Source: Candidatus Ruthenibacterium merdigallinarum (GTDB lineage Bacteria > Bacillota > Clostridia > Oscillospirales > Ruminococcaceae). From it: a DNA stretch of 48,143 bases. Numbering within the stretch: position 1 is the first letter of the stretch; every line of letters starts with the position of its first letter. A model generated the notes under the pieces. That model had not been told where the DNA came from and searched no databases. It saw only the letters and a list, made by a program, of their open reading frames with translations. Below are positions 28,917-37,915 of this stretch, one piece after another. The DNA is taken from assembly GCA_019113785.1 (NCBI GenBank), contig DXGT01000099.1, positions 1-48,143 of the forward strand, given 5' to 3'. The position numbers and the translations under genes are program-made.

Positions 28917-30350
28917 ATGACGTTCATGGACCTGTCCTTCTGGATCTTTTTGCCGGCCGCGGCCCTTTTGTACTACGCCGTGCCCGCGCGCTGGCAGAAC
29001 GCGGCGCTCTTGCTGGCGAGCTGGGCGTTTTACGCGTTCACCACGCCCGCGTGGCTGCCGCTGCTCATCGCGGCAAGCGCGGCGGTGTGGGCCGTGGGCC
29101 TGCGCCTTGGAAAATCCTCGGGCGCGGCGCGCAAAGGCTGGATGGCCGCGGGCGCGGCCGCGACGCTGGGCGCGCTGGTGCTGCTGCGCTTTGCTTCGGC
29201 CGCCGTGCAGCGCTTTACGCTGGCGCTGCCGCTGGGCCTGAGCTTTTTCACCTTGCAGGCGCTGGGCTACCTCATCGACGTCTACCGCGGCAAATACGCG
29301 GCCGAGCGCAGCTTTGTGCGCGCGGCGCTGTTCGTGGGGTATTTCGGGTGCGTGCTGTCGGGCCCCATCGAGCGCGGGGACAATCTGCTGGTGCAGCTCG
29401 AAGCGCCGCGCCGCTTTGACGCAAACCGCGCCGCGCACAGCCTTGTCACCATCGCGTTCGGGTATCTTTACAAGGTGGCGGCGGCCGACCTGCTGGCCAT
29501 TTACGCGAACGCCGTGTTCGGCGACGTGCGCAGCTACACGGGCCTTGCGCTGACGGCGGGCGCGCTCGCCTACGGCTTCCAGCTGTATTTCGACTTCGCG
29601 GGCTACTCGCTGATGGCGCTGGGCGTCTCGGAGCTGCTCGGCATCCGCGTGAACAAAAACTTCGACACGCCCTATTTTGCGCGCTCTATCAAGGAGTTCT
29701 GGGGCCGCTGGCACATGAGCCTGTCCTCGTGGCTGCGCGACTATGTGTACATCCCTCTGGGCGGCAACCGCAAGGGCCGCGCGCGCAAGTGCGTAAACCT
29801 TTTGGCCACCTTCGCCGTGAGCGGCCTTTGGCACGGCACGGGCCTGACGTATTTTGTGTGGGGCCTTTTGCACGGCGCGTACCAGTGCGCCGAGACGCTT
29901 TTGCCCCGGCGCAAAGGCCCCGGAAAGCGCCGCGCGGCGGACGCGCTGGGCTGGGCCGCGACGTTTTTGCTGGTGCAGCTGGCGTGGGTGTTCTTCCGCG
30001 CGCAGAGCGTGTCCGACGCGCTCTACCTGCTGGCGGCGCAGTTTCAAAACGCGTCGCTCGCAGGGCTTTTTGACGCCGTGTTCGCGGCGTACAACGAGAG
30101 CTTCCAGACGGCGCTGCTCGTGTACGCGGCGCTGGCCTTCACGCTGGCGGCGTGCGCGGCGTGCATTCTGTGCGATTTCTGGCGGCGCTTCAAAGCGCCC
30201 GGGGGTGACCTTGCCGGCGCGGCCATGGCCCTGCCGCGGGCGCGGCGCTGGATTTTGTACTATCTGCTCGCGGGCATGGTGTTCGCCGGGTATCTTTTGA
30301 ACAACGGGTACTTCGCCACGGCGGCGAACACCCTGTACCAGAACTTTTAA
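28917..30350 (+). CDS. MBOAT family O-acyltransferase (AlgI/DltB/PatA-like)
   Basis: LPLGLSFFTLQ, DVYRG, SGPIER, QLYFDFAGYS, NF..PY, EFWGRWHMSLSSWLRDYVYIPLGG, SGLWHG, C-terminal LYQNF; start ATG 28917. Confidence 0.94.
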   Translation: MTFMDLSFWIFLPAAALLYYAVPARWQNAALLLASWAFYAFTTPAWLPLLIAASAAVWAVGLRLGKSSGAARKGWMAAGAAATLGALVLLRFASAAVQRFTLALPLGLSFFTLQALGYLIDVYRGKYAAERSFVRAALFVGYFGCVLSGPIERGDNLLVQLEAPRRFDANRAAHSLVTIAFGYLYKVAAADLLAIYANAVFGDVRSYTGLALTAGALAYGFQLYFDFAGYSLMALGVSELLGIRVNKNFDTPYFARSIKEFWGRWHMSLSSWLRDYVYIPLGGNRKGRARKCVNLLATFAVSGLWHGTGLTYFVWGLLHGAYQCAETLLPRRKGPGKRRAADALGWAATFLLVQLAWVFFRAQSVSDALYLLAAQFQNASLAGLFDAVFAAYNESFQTALLVYAALAFTLAACAACILCDFWRRFKAPGGDLAGAAMALPRARRWILYYLLAGMVFAGYLLNNGYFATAANTLYQNF

Positions 30351-30365
30351 AAGGAGGGCGCGCTT

Positions 30366-31316
30366 TTGAAAAAACTGCTGCTGCGCCTTTTCCTGCTGGC
30401 GCTCCCCTTCGCTTTGTACTTCGGCGTGTTCGTCGCGTTCGACCCGGCCGACTATTTCGGCGTGAACGGCGCCGTCACGGCGGACAACAGCATGGTCACG
30501 CGCGTCAAGCGCTTTCTTGAGGACCCGCAGGACGCCGTGATTTTGGGCGATTCGCGCATGGCGCACTTCGACATGGCGCTCGTCGAGCAGGTGACGGGGC
30601 GGCCGTGGTCGAACCTCGCGTTCGGCGGCGCGTCGATGAACGAGAGCGTCGATCTGCTCGAACTGGCGCTCAGGACAAACCCGGACATCGACACCGTCGT
30701 GTTCGAGGCGAGCTTTTACACGCTGCGCGAGGGCGACGCGCGCAACCGCACCGACGCCATCCTCACGGCCGTGCAAAACCCCGTGGCCTACCTGTTCAAT
30801 TTCAATTACAACGCCGACATGCTGCAAAACATCCTCGAGAACGCAAAGCACTGGATGGACCCCTCCTACATCGTGGGCGAGGCCACCGACACCGGCCACT
30901 GGACGGACGCCGACTATGTGGACGAAAACGGCGCGCCGCTGCCCTACCGGCGCAACCTCATCGAGTACGCCGGCACCATTGCGGGCGTGTGCGAGGGCTA
31001 CGCCGTCAACGAGGAGAACCTCGCCGCCGTGGCGGCCCTGGCGCAGGTGTGCGAGGAAAAGGGCATCCGCCTTATCTACGTGATGCCGCCCGTGGACGGG
31101 GCCATCCGCGAATATGTGTTCGACGGCCTGGCGCTTTGGGACGACCTTGCCTACATCAAGCAGACGCTCGCCGCCACGGGCGCGCGCGTGCTGGATTTTG
31201 AGTACGAGCCGTCCGTGACTTTCACCGAGGACCAGTTCTACGACGGGTTCCATCTCGACATCGTGACGGGCCTGCCCGAATACACCCGGATTTTATTTGA
31301 GGAAGTGATGGCATGA
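30366..31316 (+). CDS. membrane-anchored SGNH-like partner of the MBOAT (putative acyltransferase)
   Basis: N-terminal TM then DP, ILGDSR (block I Ser), NLAFGG, MPP, FYDGFHL (DxxH). Confidence 0.75.
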   Translation: MKKLLLRLFLLALPFALYFGVFVAFDPADYFGVNGAVTADNSMVTRVKRFLEDPQDAVILGDSRMAHFDMALVEQVTGRPWSNLAFGGASMNESVDLLELALRTNPDIDTVVFEASFYTLREGDARNRTDAILTAVQNPVAYLFNFNYNADMLQNILENAKHWMDPSYIVGEATDTGHWTDADYVDENGAPLPYRRNLIEYAGTIAGVCEGYAVNEENLAAVAALAQVCEEKGIRLIYVMPPVDGAIREYVFDGLALWDDLAYIKQTLAATGARVLDFEYEPSVTFTEDQFYDGFHLDIVTGLPEYTRILFEEVMA

Positions 31317-32662
31317 GCCGGCCGGATTTTCTGATCTTGTACGAGCACGTGGTGCGCGAGTACGAGAGTTTGCTTTTGTTGAAGCTGGAGCTTGAGCGCC
31401 GGGGCTACCGTGTGGAGATCCAGCAGCTTTTGGACCGCAAGCAGCTGCGCCGGCGCTTTTGGGCCAAGCCCGAGGTGCTGGTGTCGAGCTGCATGTACGA
31501 CGACGAGGCCATCAACAGCCACGTGTACAACAACGTGGGCGTGTGCCGCAAGGTGGTGAACCTGCACTGGGAGCAGATGCTCAGCGACACGCAGGAGGAG
31601 GGTGCGTGGTTCAACTTTAACGGCAACGCCAAGCGCTGCGTCCAGACCTGCTGGGGCGAGCGCACGAAGCAGCGCCTCGTCGCCCACGGCATGCAGGAGA
31701 AAAACTGCCCCGTGACGGGCGCCGTGATGATGGATTTCCTGCGCCCGCAGTTTTCGGGCTATTTCCTCGACAAGGCCGCGCTGTGCGGCCGGTTCGGCCT
31801 CGACCCAAACAAAAAGCTGATGCTGTATATCTCGAGCTTCGGCTACGCGAGCATGTCGGACGACGAGGTGAAGGAGCTGTCCGACATGGCGGGCGAGGAT
31901 TTTTCGGGCTTTGCGAAAACGAACCGGGTCAGCATGGCGCAGACGCTCGACTGGTTCGACCGCTATCTCGGCGAGCACCCGGAGGTGCAGCTGGTGTACC
32001 GCCGCCACCCGTCCGAGTGGAACAGCCCCGCGCTGGAGGCGCTGGCGAAAAAGCGGCCGAATTTCCGCGTCATCTTCGCGGACAGCGTCAAGCAGTGGAT
32101 CGTGGCGGCCGACCAGATCTTCATCTGGATGAGCACGGCCATCGCGGAGGTGTATTTCGCGGGCAAGAGCTGCCACATCCTGCGGCCCGTGCCCATCGAG
32201 CACGAGTACGACCCCGTCATCTACAAGGGCGCGCGCTATGTGACGGATTACGCCGGCTTTGCCGCCGCGGCCGCGGACGAGGCCGCCCCCTTCCCCATTG
32301 AAAAGGACGTGATCGAGGGGTATTTCGACGCGTCCGACACGCCGGCCTGCGTGCGCATGGCGGACCTGCTCGAGGACGTATACAAAAACCCGCCGCGCGA
32401 CGACCCGTTCGCCCCGCCGTTTCGCCCGCACTTCAACTGGCTGAAATTCTTCGCGCTCGCGGGCGTGCACGCGATGTACGCCGTGCATCTCGACCCGAAG
32501 GCCTTCTCCAAACTCTGCCCGCCGTTCGCCCGCTTTGCCGGGCGCATCTACGGCTATGTGGCCAAGGCGCACGTCCCGCGCGCCGACGCCGCCGCCATGG
32601 AGGAAAAAATCCGCCGGTTTTTGCCCGGCGCGGAAAATTCGCCCGGCGGGGGAAAACCGTAA
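31313..32662 (+). CDS. surface carbohydrate biosynthesis protein; putative GT-B CMP-sugar transferase
   Basis: N-terminal YEHVVRE, CWGE, VTG, DFLRP; C-terminal RRHPSE and MSTAIAE motifs; no TM or signal peptide seen. Confidence 0.6.
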   Translation: MSRPDFLILYEHVVREYESLLLLKLELERRGYRVEIQQLLDRKQLRRRFWAKPEVLVSSCMYDDEAINSHVYNNVGVCRKVVNLHWEQMLSDTQEEGAWFNFNGNAKRCVQTCWGERTKQRLVAHGMQEKNCPVTGAVMMDFLRPQFSGYFLDKAALCGRFGLDPNKKLMLYISSFGYASMSDDEVKELSDMAGEDFSGFAKTNRVSMAQTLDWFDRYLGEHPEVQLVYRRHPSEWNSPALEALAKKRPNFRVIFADSVKQWIVAADQIFIWMSTAIAEVYFAGKSCHILRPVPIEHEYDPVIYKGARYVTDYAGFAAAAADEAAPFPIEKDVIEGYFDASDTPACVRMADLLEDVYKNPPRDDPFAPPFRPHFNWLKFFALAGVHAMYAVHLDPKAFSKLCPPFARFAGRIYGYVAKAHVPRADAAAMEEKIRRFLPGAENSPGGGKP

Positions 32663-32680
32663 AAGCCATATCGAAAGACG

Positions 32681-32727
32681 ACGCCGCCCGCCTGCTGTTT
32701 TTCGCAGGCGGGCGGCGTTTGCTTTTT
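32681..32727. terminator. intrinsic terminator between convergent operons
   Basis: ACGCCGCCCGCCTGC / GCAGGCGGGCGGCGT 15-bp perfect stem followed by T-rich tract. Confidence 0.75.
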
Positions 32728-32832
32728 GCGCTTTGCCGGATGTGGGGTTGACGCATGATGGGGGACAGTATCGGTGTGCAAGGGGCTGCCGCATGTTTAT
32801 TTTTCAGCGCGCCTGTTTTCCCCTTCCGGGCG

Positions 32833-34101
32833 TCATTCGTAGCGCAGCGCCTCGATGGGGTCGAGCTTTGCGGCCTTGTTCGCGGGGTAGTAGCCGAAGA
32901 ACACGCCGATGGCCGCGCTGAACGACACGGCCACGACGATGGCCCGCACGCTGGGGCGCGCGGCGTAGCCCAAAAGGTTCGCGCCGAACGCGCCCAGCGC
33001 CGTGCCCACGCCGATGCCGATGGCCCCGCCGATGAGGCAGATGATGACGCTCTCCACAATGAACTGCACGCGGATGCTGCCGTTCGTCGCGCCCAGCGCC
33101 TTGCGGGTGCCGATCTCGCGCGTGCGCTCGGTGACGGACACGAGCATGATGTTCATCACGCCGATGCCGCCCACCACAAGGCTGATGCCCGCGATGATCG
33201 CGATGGCCGTGGACAGCGTGCCGAGCATCTCGCTCATCACGTCCACAATGCTCTCGAGGCTCGAGGCCGAGACCGTGTAGGCGTTGTTGCGCGTGTAGTA
33301 GCTCTCAAAAAAGCCCTGCGTGCGGCGCAGAAGGCTCTGCGTGTCCGCGCCCGCGGCGCCCACCACCGTGATGCTGGAATAGCCCTTTGCCGCGTGGGTG
33401 ATGTCCTTCGCGGCCGTGAGCGGGATGTACATGGACGTGGTGGGCGTGTCGCTCGAAAACATGCCGAGGCCCATGTCCTCATACTCGTATGTGCCCACAA
33501 TGTAGAACGTGTACACGTTCGTGCCCACCGCCACGGTGAACGACTGGCCGATCGGCTCTTTGCCCGCAAACAGCGCGTCGCACAGCACGTCGCTGACGAC
33601 GGCCACCTTGCGGCCCTTTTGCGCGTCCTCGTCGGTGAAAAAACGCCCGCGCATAAGCTCGAGGTCCTCGGCGGCCTGGTATTCGTTGTTGACGCCCGTG
33701 ATACTCACGGGCGCGCTCTCACCGCCGCTCTCGGCCGTGTACGAGCCCACCGACTCCGTCAGGCTGACGGCGTACACCTCGTCGCCGAAGGCCGTGCGGT
33801 AATCGTCGATCATCTCATCCGTCAAAAGATCCTCGTCGGACGGGTCGGACGGCATGAACAGCCGCGTGAGGCCGCCGTCAGTCTCGTCGTCCTCGTCCTT
33901 CGTGGTGACGCTGACCGTGATGTTGTTCGCGCCCATGCTCTGCATGCTCTCGGTGACGGAGCTTTGCAGGCTGTCGCCCACCGTCATGATGCCGATGACC
34001 GAGCCGATGCCGATGATGATGCCCAGCATGGTGAGCAGCGCGCGCATCTTGTTCGCCAGAAGGCCCGAGACGGCCATGGAGATATTTTCAAACAGCAGCA
34101 C
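32833..34101 (-). CDS. ABC transporter permease, MacB/FtsX family
   Basis: NKMRALLTMLGIIIGIGSVI, GGIGVMNIMLVSVTERTREIG.RKALGA, PANKAAKLDPIEALRYE. Confidence 0.95.
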   Translation of the reverse strand: MLLFENISMAVSGLLANKMRALLTMLGIIIGIGSVIGIMTVGDSLQSSVTESMQSMGANNITVSVTTKDEDDETDGGLTRLFMPSDPSDEDLLTDEMIDDYRTAFGDEVYAVSLTESVGSYTAESGGESAPVSITGVNNEYQAAEDLELMRGRFFTDEDAQKGRKVAVVSDVLCDALFAGKEPIGQSFTVAVGTNVYTFYIVGTYEYEDMGLGMFSSDTPTTSMYIPLTAAKDITHAAKGYSSITVVGAAGADTQSLLRRTQGFFESYYTRNNAYTVSASSLESIVDVMSEMLGTLSTAIAIIAGISLVVGGIGVMNIMLVSVTERTREIGTRKALGATNGSIRVQFIVESVIICLIGGAIGIGVGTALGAFGANLLGYAARPSVRAIVVAVSFSAAIGVFFGYYPANKAAKLDPIEALRYE

Positions 34102-34804
34102 GCCGCCCGCCCCCTTCCCGCTCGCCGACGATCTGCCCGTCGGAGATGGTGATGATGCGCTCGCACTCGCTCGCGAGCTGCGGCGAGTGCGTGATGAGCA
34201 CGATGGTCTTGCCGTGCTTTTCGTGCAGCTCGTGGAACAGATCCATCACCAGGCGGCCGGTTTTGGAATCCAGCGCGCCCGTGGGTTCGTCGGCCAGGAT
34301 GATGGACGGGTCGTTCGCCATGGCGCGCGCGATGGCCACGCGCTGCTTCTGCCCGCCCGACAATTCGTTGGGCTTGTGGCTCATGCGCTCGCCCATGCCG
34401 ACGGACTCGAGCAGCGCCTTTGCGCGCTTTGTGCGCTCGGCGCCGCCGCGGCCCGCGTACATCATGGGCAGCGCCACGTTTTTGAGCGCCGACGTGCGCG
34501 GGATCAGATTGAACGTCTGGAACACAAAGCCGATCTTCGTGCAGCGGATGTGCGAGAGCGCCTTGTCGCCCAGTGTCGAAATGTCGGTGCCGTCCAGAAT
34601 GTACGAGCCCTCCGTGGGCCTGTCCAGCGCGCCGATGATGTTCATCAGCGTCGATTTGCCCGAGCCGGACTCGCCCACCACGGCCACGAATTCGCCCTCG
34701 CGCACCGTCAGATCGATGCCGTGCAGAATCTCCAGCTCGTTGGGCTGGCCGATGTAAAAACGCTTGACGATGTTCGTCATGCGGATGATCTCTTTTGCAG
34801 CCAT
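34088..34804 (-). CDS. ABC transporter ATP-binding protein (MacB/LolD type)
   Basis: GESGSGKST, IGFVFQ, LSGGQKQRVAIARA, ADEPTGALD. Confidence 0.95.
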   Translation of the reverse strand: MAAKEIIRMTNIVKRFYIGQPNELEILHGIDLTVREGEFVAVVGESGSGKSTLMNIIGALDRPTEGSYILDGTDISTLGDKALSHIRCTKIGFVFQTFNLIPRTSALKNVALPMMYAGRGGAERTKRAKALLESVGMGERMSHKPNELSGGQKQRVAIARAMANDPSIILADEPTGALDSKTGRLVMDLFHELHEKHGKTIVLITHSPQLASECERIITISDGQIVGEREGGGRRAAV

Positions 34805-34816
34805 ACTGCGCCTCCG

Positions 34817-36616
34817 TCAGCCCTGCGGGCCGCCGCCCTCGGGAGGCTGGCCGCCACCGGCGGCGGGCATGGCCACAGCGTTCGCCATGCCGCCCTGCAT
34901 CGACTCCATCATCTGCGTCAGCGCATCGGTGCTTTCGCCCTCGCCGATGGGCACGCGCACCTGCATGCCCTCCGCAAGGCCCTCGCCCGAGATGGCGACG
35001 TAGTAATCCGTCTCCATGCCGGTGGTGACGGGCACGGCCTGCCAGTCCTCGTCCTCGCTGCTGCGCGCGTACACGACGCTCTGGCCGTCCTCGTCCGTCT
35101 CCACGGCGTCATACGGCACGCTGAACACGCCCTCCTCCTCGGACAAAATGATCTCCACCTGCGCGGACAGGCCGATCAGCAGCCCGCTGTCCGGGCTGTT
35201 CACCGTCACCTCGGCGGAAAAGCCCGCCGTGCTCTGGCCCATGGCCTGCGCGCCCGACGACGTGACGGACAGCTGCGTCAGCGTGCCTGCGATCTCCGCG
35301 TCGCCCGTGGCGTCGCTCTTGATGACGGCGCTCTGGCCTACGGCCACCTTCTTGATGTCGTTCTCGTCGATGGTGACGGCCACCTTCAGCGCGTTCGTGT
35401 CCTGGATGGTGGCCAGCGCCGTGCCCGTGCTGCTCGAGGCCATCGAGCCCACCGTGGCGTTCAGGCTCGTGATGGTGCCCGACGCCGTGGCGCGGATGGT
35501 GCAGTCGGCGATCTGCTCTTCGAGTTCCTCGATCTGGTCGGCGATGGCGTCGCTGTCAAGCTGCTCCTTCGCCGAGTCGAGCTGATTCTGCGCGCTGTCG
35601 GCCTGCGACTGCGCCTGCTTGTACGCCGTCTCGGCATTGATGCAGGCCTGGTCGGCCGAGGAATACGTCTGGTATAACGCCTCGTAATTGCAGTTCGCCT
35701 TCGCGGCGTCGAGCTGCGCCTTGGCCGTCTCGCACGCGGCGGTGGCCTTGGCGTACGCGTCCGCAAGGCTCTGCGCGCCGGCGAGCGCCGTCTCATACTG
35801 GGCGTTCGCCGCGTCCAGCTGGCTCTGCGCCGCGGCCAGCTGCGCGTTCGCCGCGTCCAGTGCGCTGGCCGCCGCGGCGGTGTCGCCGCCGTTCTTCTGC
35901 GCTTCCTCCAGCGCCTTTTTCGCCGTATCCACCTGCTGCTGCGCGCTCGTCACGCCCGTCTGCGCATTCTGCTGCGCAACCTGCGCGGCCAGCAGCTGCG
36001 CGTCGCCGTTGAGCGCCGCGCCCGCCGCGGCCTGCGCGGCGAGGGCGTTGTCGTAGGCCGTCTGGTACGCCTTGATGGATTCGTACGCGGGCCGCCACGC
36101 CGCGCGCGCCGTCTCGAGCGCGCTGACCGCGGAGGCGTAGGCGTTGTACGCGTCCGTCAAGTTCTCCTGCGCGGTGGCGAGGCTCTTTTCGGCCTGCTCC
36201 ACGCTGCGCTGCGCGCTCTCGCCCGTGTCGGACTGCTGCTCGCGCAGCTTCGCCAGCTGGTCCTCCAGATCGGACGAATCCAGCGTGCAGATGACGTCGC
36301 CCTCCTGCACCGTGTCGCCCACCTGCACCAGGATCTCGTCCACGGTCGCCGTCAGCTGCGTGGTGACGTTCGCCACGTCGCCGCTCTCCACCGTGCCCGT
36401 GACGGTGACGCTGTCGGAAAGGCTCGCGCGCTCGAGCGTCACGGTGCGGTACGTCGCCTGCTGCACGGCGCCGGCGAGCGCCTGCTGCGCGCGGCGCACA
36501 CGGCTGTTCACATACAGCCCGACGCCCGCCACGGCCACCACGGCCACGGCGACGATCACCTTTTTCCTGGTGGGGCGCAGCATCAGTTTCAGCTTGCGCA
36601 CAATGTTCTTGTTCAT
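34817..36616 (-). CDS. efflux transporter membrane-fusion/adaptor subunit (HlyD/MacA family) with long coiled coil
   Basis: N-terminal TM, VQVGDTVQEGD lipoyl half, long Ala/Gln coiled coil, IRATASGTI, VP..AV, V.TG...YVAISGEGL.EG. Confidence 0.88.
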   Translation of the reverse strand: MNKNIVRKLKLMLRPTRKKVIVAVAVVAVAGVGLYVNSRVRRAQQALAGAVQQATYRTVTLERASLSDSVTVTGTVESGDVANVTTQLTATVDEILVQVGDTVQEGDVICTLDSSDLEDQLAKLREQQSDTGESAQRSVEQAEKSLATAQENLTDAYNAYASAVSALETARAAWRPAYESIKAYQTAYDNALAAQAAAGAALNGDAQLLAAQVAQQNAQTGVTSAQQQVDTAKKALEEAQKNGGDTAAAASALDAANAQLAAAQSQLDAANAQYETALAGAQSLADAYAKATAACETAKAQLDAAKANCNYEALYQTYSSADQACINAETAYKQAQSQADSAQNQLDSAKEQLDSDAIADQIEELEEQIADCTIRATASGTITSLNATVGSMASSSTGTALATIQDTNALKVAVTIDENDIKKVAVGQSAVIKSDATGDAEIAGTLTQLSVTSSGAQAMGQSTAGFSAEVTVNSPDSGLLIGLSAQVEIILSEEEGVFSVPYDAVETDEDGQSVVYARSSEDEDWQAVPVTTGMETDYYVAISGEGLAEGMQVRVPIGEGESTDALTQMMESMQGGMANAVAMPAAGGGQPPEGGGPQG

Positions 36617-36663
36617 GTCCTCTCTCTCCCATGGGGCCGCGCCCCCGTTTTTTCCTGCGCCCT

Positions 36664-36707
36664 ATCATACTGCGCGCCTGTGTGCTTTCTGTGTGAAACG
36701 GGTGAAA
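36664..36707 (-). promoter_or_regulatory. putative activator-dependent promoter of the exporter operon
   Basis: TATGAT -10, no clear -35, TTTCAC direct repeat (36693-36698, 36702-36707) just upstream. Confidence 0.35.
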
Positions 36708-36818
36708 TCTCCCGGCAAAATGCGGCTTTGTGCGCCGGGCGCTGGGCGCCGGGCGCGGCGGCCGCCAAAAAAATTTGTCTTTTTCCGTCGTTTTTCACAA
36801 ACGCCATGGCGCAAAGGC

Positions 36819-36850
36819 GGGCGGCGCGGCCTTCCGTCGCCGCGCCGCCC
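36819..36850 (-). terminator. hairpin, probable terminator after the aldose 1-epimerase gene
   Basis: GGGCGGCGCGGC-8 nt-GCCGCGCCGCCC perfect 12-bp stem; short T tract. Confidence 0.5.
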
Positions 36851-36899
36851 TGTTTTCTGCGGTGTGAAGCGCCGCGCGCAAAAGCCGCCCGCGCGCTTT

Positions 36900-37781
36900 T
36901 CAGCGCGCAAAGCGCATGCGCAGCGCCGTCTTGAACGTCTCTCCCGGGGCCAGCACCGCGGCGGCGGGCTTATCCGCCCACTCGCCCGAGGCGTCGCGCG
37001 CGTCCGGCAGCGACAGCCACGGCTCGATGCACACAAAGCGCATCGGGCCTTTTTTGCTCCAGATCAGCACATACGGGAAGCCGGCGATGTCCACGTGCAC
37101 CGCGCGGCCCGTGTCCTTCTCCACAATGCTCAAACAGCCCGAGCGCAGGCCCGAAAAGCAGATGCTGTCGCGGTCGAACAGATGGTCGGTCAGCGCGATC
37201 TCGCTCTCGCCGCGGAAATACACGCTCCGGCGGCCCGTCACAAGGCCGTCGCCCTCGCCCGTCTCGATCACCTCGGGCGTCTCGGGCTCGGAGAAGCGCA
37301 GCACGTAGTCCTCCGTTTTATGCTGCGCGTCGAACGGGCAGATAAAGCCCGGGTGGAAGCCCAGGCCGAAGGGCATTTCCTCGTCGCCGTCGTTGTACAC
37401 GCGCACCTCGCACACCACCACGTCGCCGCGCAGCGTGTAGCGCGTCGCCAGCTTGAACGCGAACGGGAAGCGCGCCATCGTCAGGGCGTTCGCCTCCAGC
37501 GCCAGCGTCACGCTCGCGGGGGCTTTCGCCTCCACCGTGTGCTCCATATCGCGGGCAAAGCCGTGCTGGCCGCCCTCGTACACCGTGCCGCGGTGGGAAA
37601 AGCGGCCGTCCTTCAGCTTCCCGCAGTACGGGAACAGCAGCGGGGCGTGCCGGTCCCACACGGCGGGGTCGGCCGTCCACAGCATCTCCTCGCCCGTGGC
37701 CTTGTTCACCACGCTGACAAGCTCGGCCCCGTGCGTCGACACCGCGGCCCGCAAATTTTCGTTTTCAATGATGATGTCCAT
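36900..37781 (-). CDS. aldose 1-epimerase family protein (LacX-like)
   Basis: GAEL.S, W..HAPLLFP, QHGFARD, GFHPGF, FVCIEPW. Confidence 0.93.
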   Translation of the reverse strand: MDIIIENENLRAAVSTHGAELVSVVNKATGEEMLWTADPAVWDRHAPLLFPYCGKLKDGRFSHRGTVYEGGQHGFARDMEHTVEAKAPASVTLALEANALTMARFPFAFKLATRYTLRGDVVVCEVRVYNDGDEEMPFGLGFHPGFICPFDAQHKTEDYVLRFSEPETPEVIETGEGDGLVTGRRSVYFRGESEIALTDHLFDRDSICFSGLRSGCLSIVEKDTGRAVHVDIAGFPYVLIWSKKGPMRFVCIEPWLSLPDARDASGEWADKPAAAVLAPGETFKTALRMRFAR

Positions 37782-37864
37782 AAAAGCGCCTCCCGCTGCA
37801 CGCGTTTTTTGTCCTGTACTCCAGTATAGCCGAAAACGCGCAAAAAAGGAAGGGGCGCGCGAGT

Positions 37865-37892
37865 GTCACGCGCAAAAATTTTCTCATACGCT
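37865..37892 (+). promoter_or_regulatory. possible sigma-E/K mother-cell promoter for the sleC-like gene
   Basis: CATACGCT -10 (CATAnnnT) preceded by GTCACG; AAGGAGG RBS downstream. Confidence 0.35.
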
Positions 37893-37915
37893 GACGGCGA
37901 AAGGAGGCGTTTTAT

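Noticed and set aside
32833-36616. MacAB-like exporter as part of the nonulosonate system
   Set aside because: It is convergent, separated by a strong terminator and has its own upstream region; this is a common stand-alone module.
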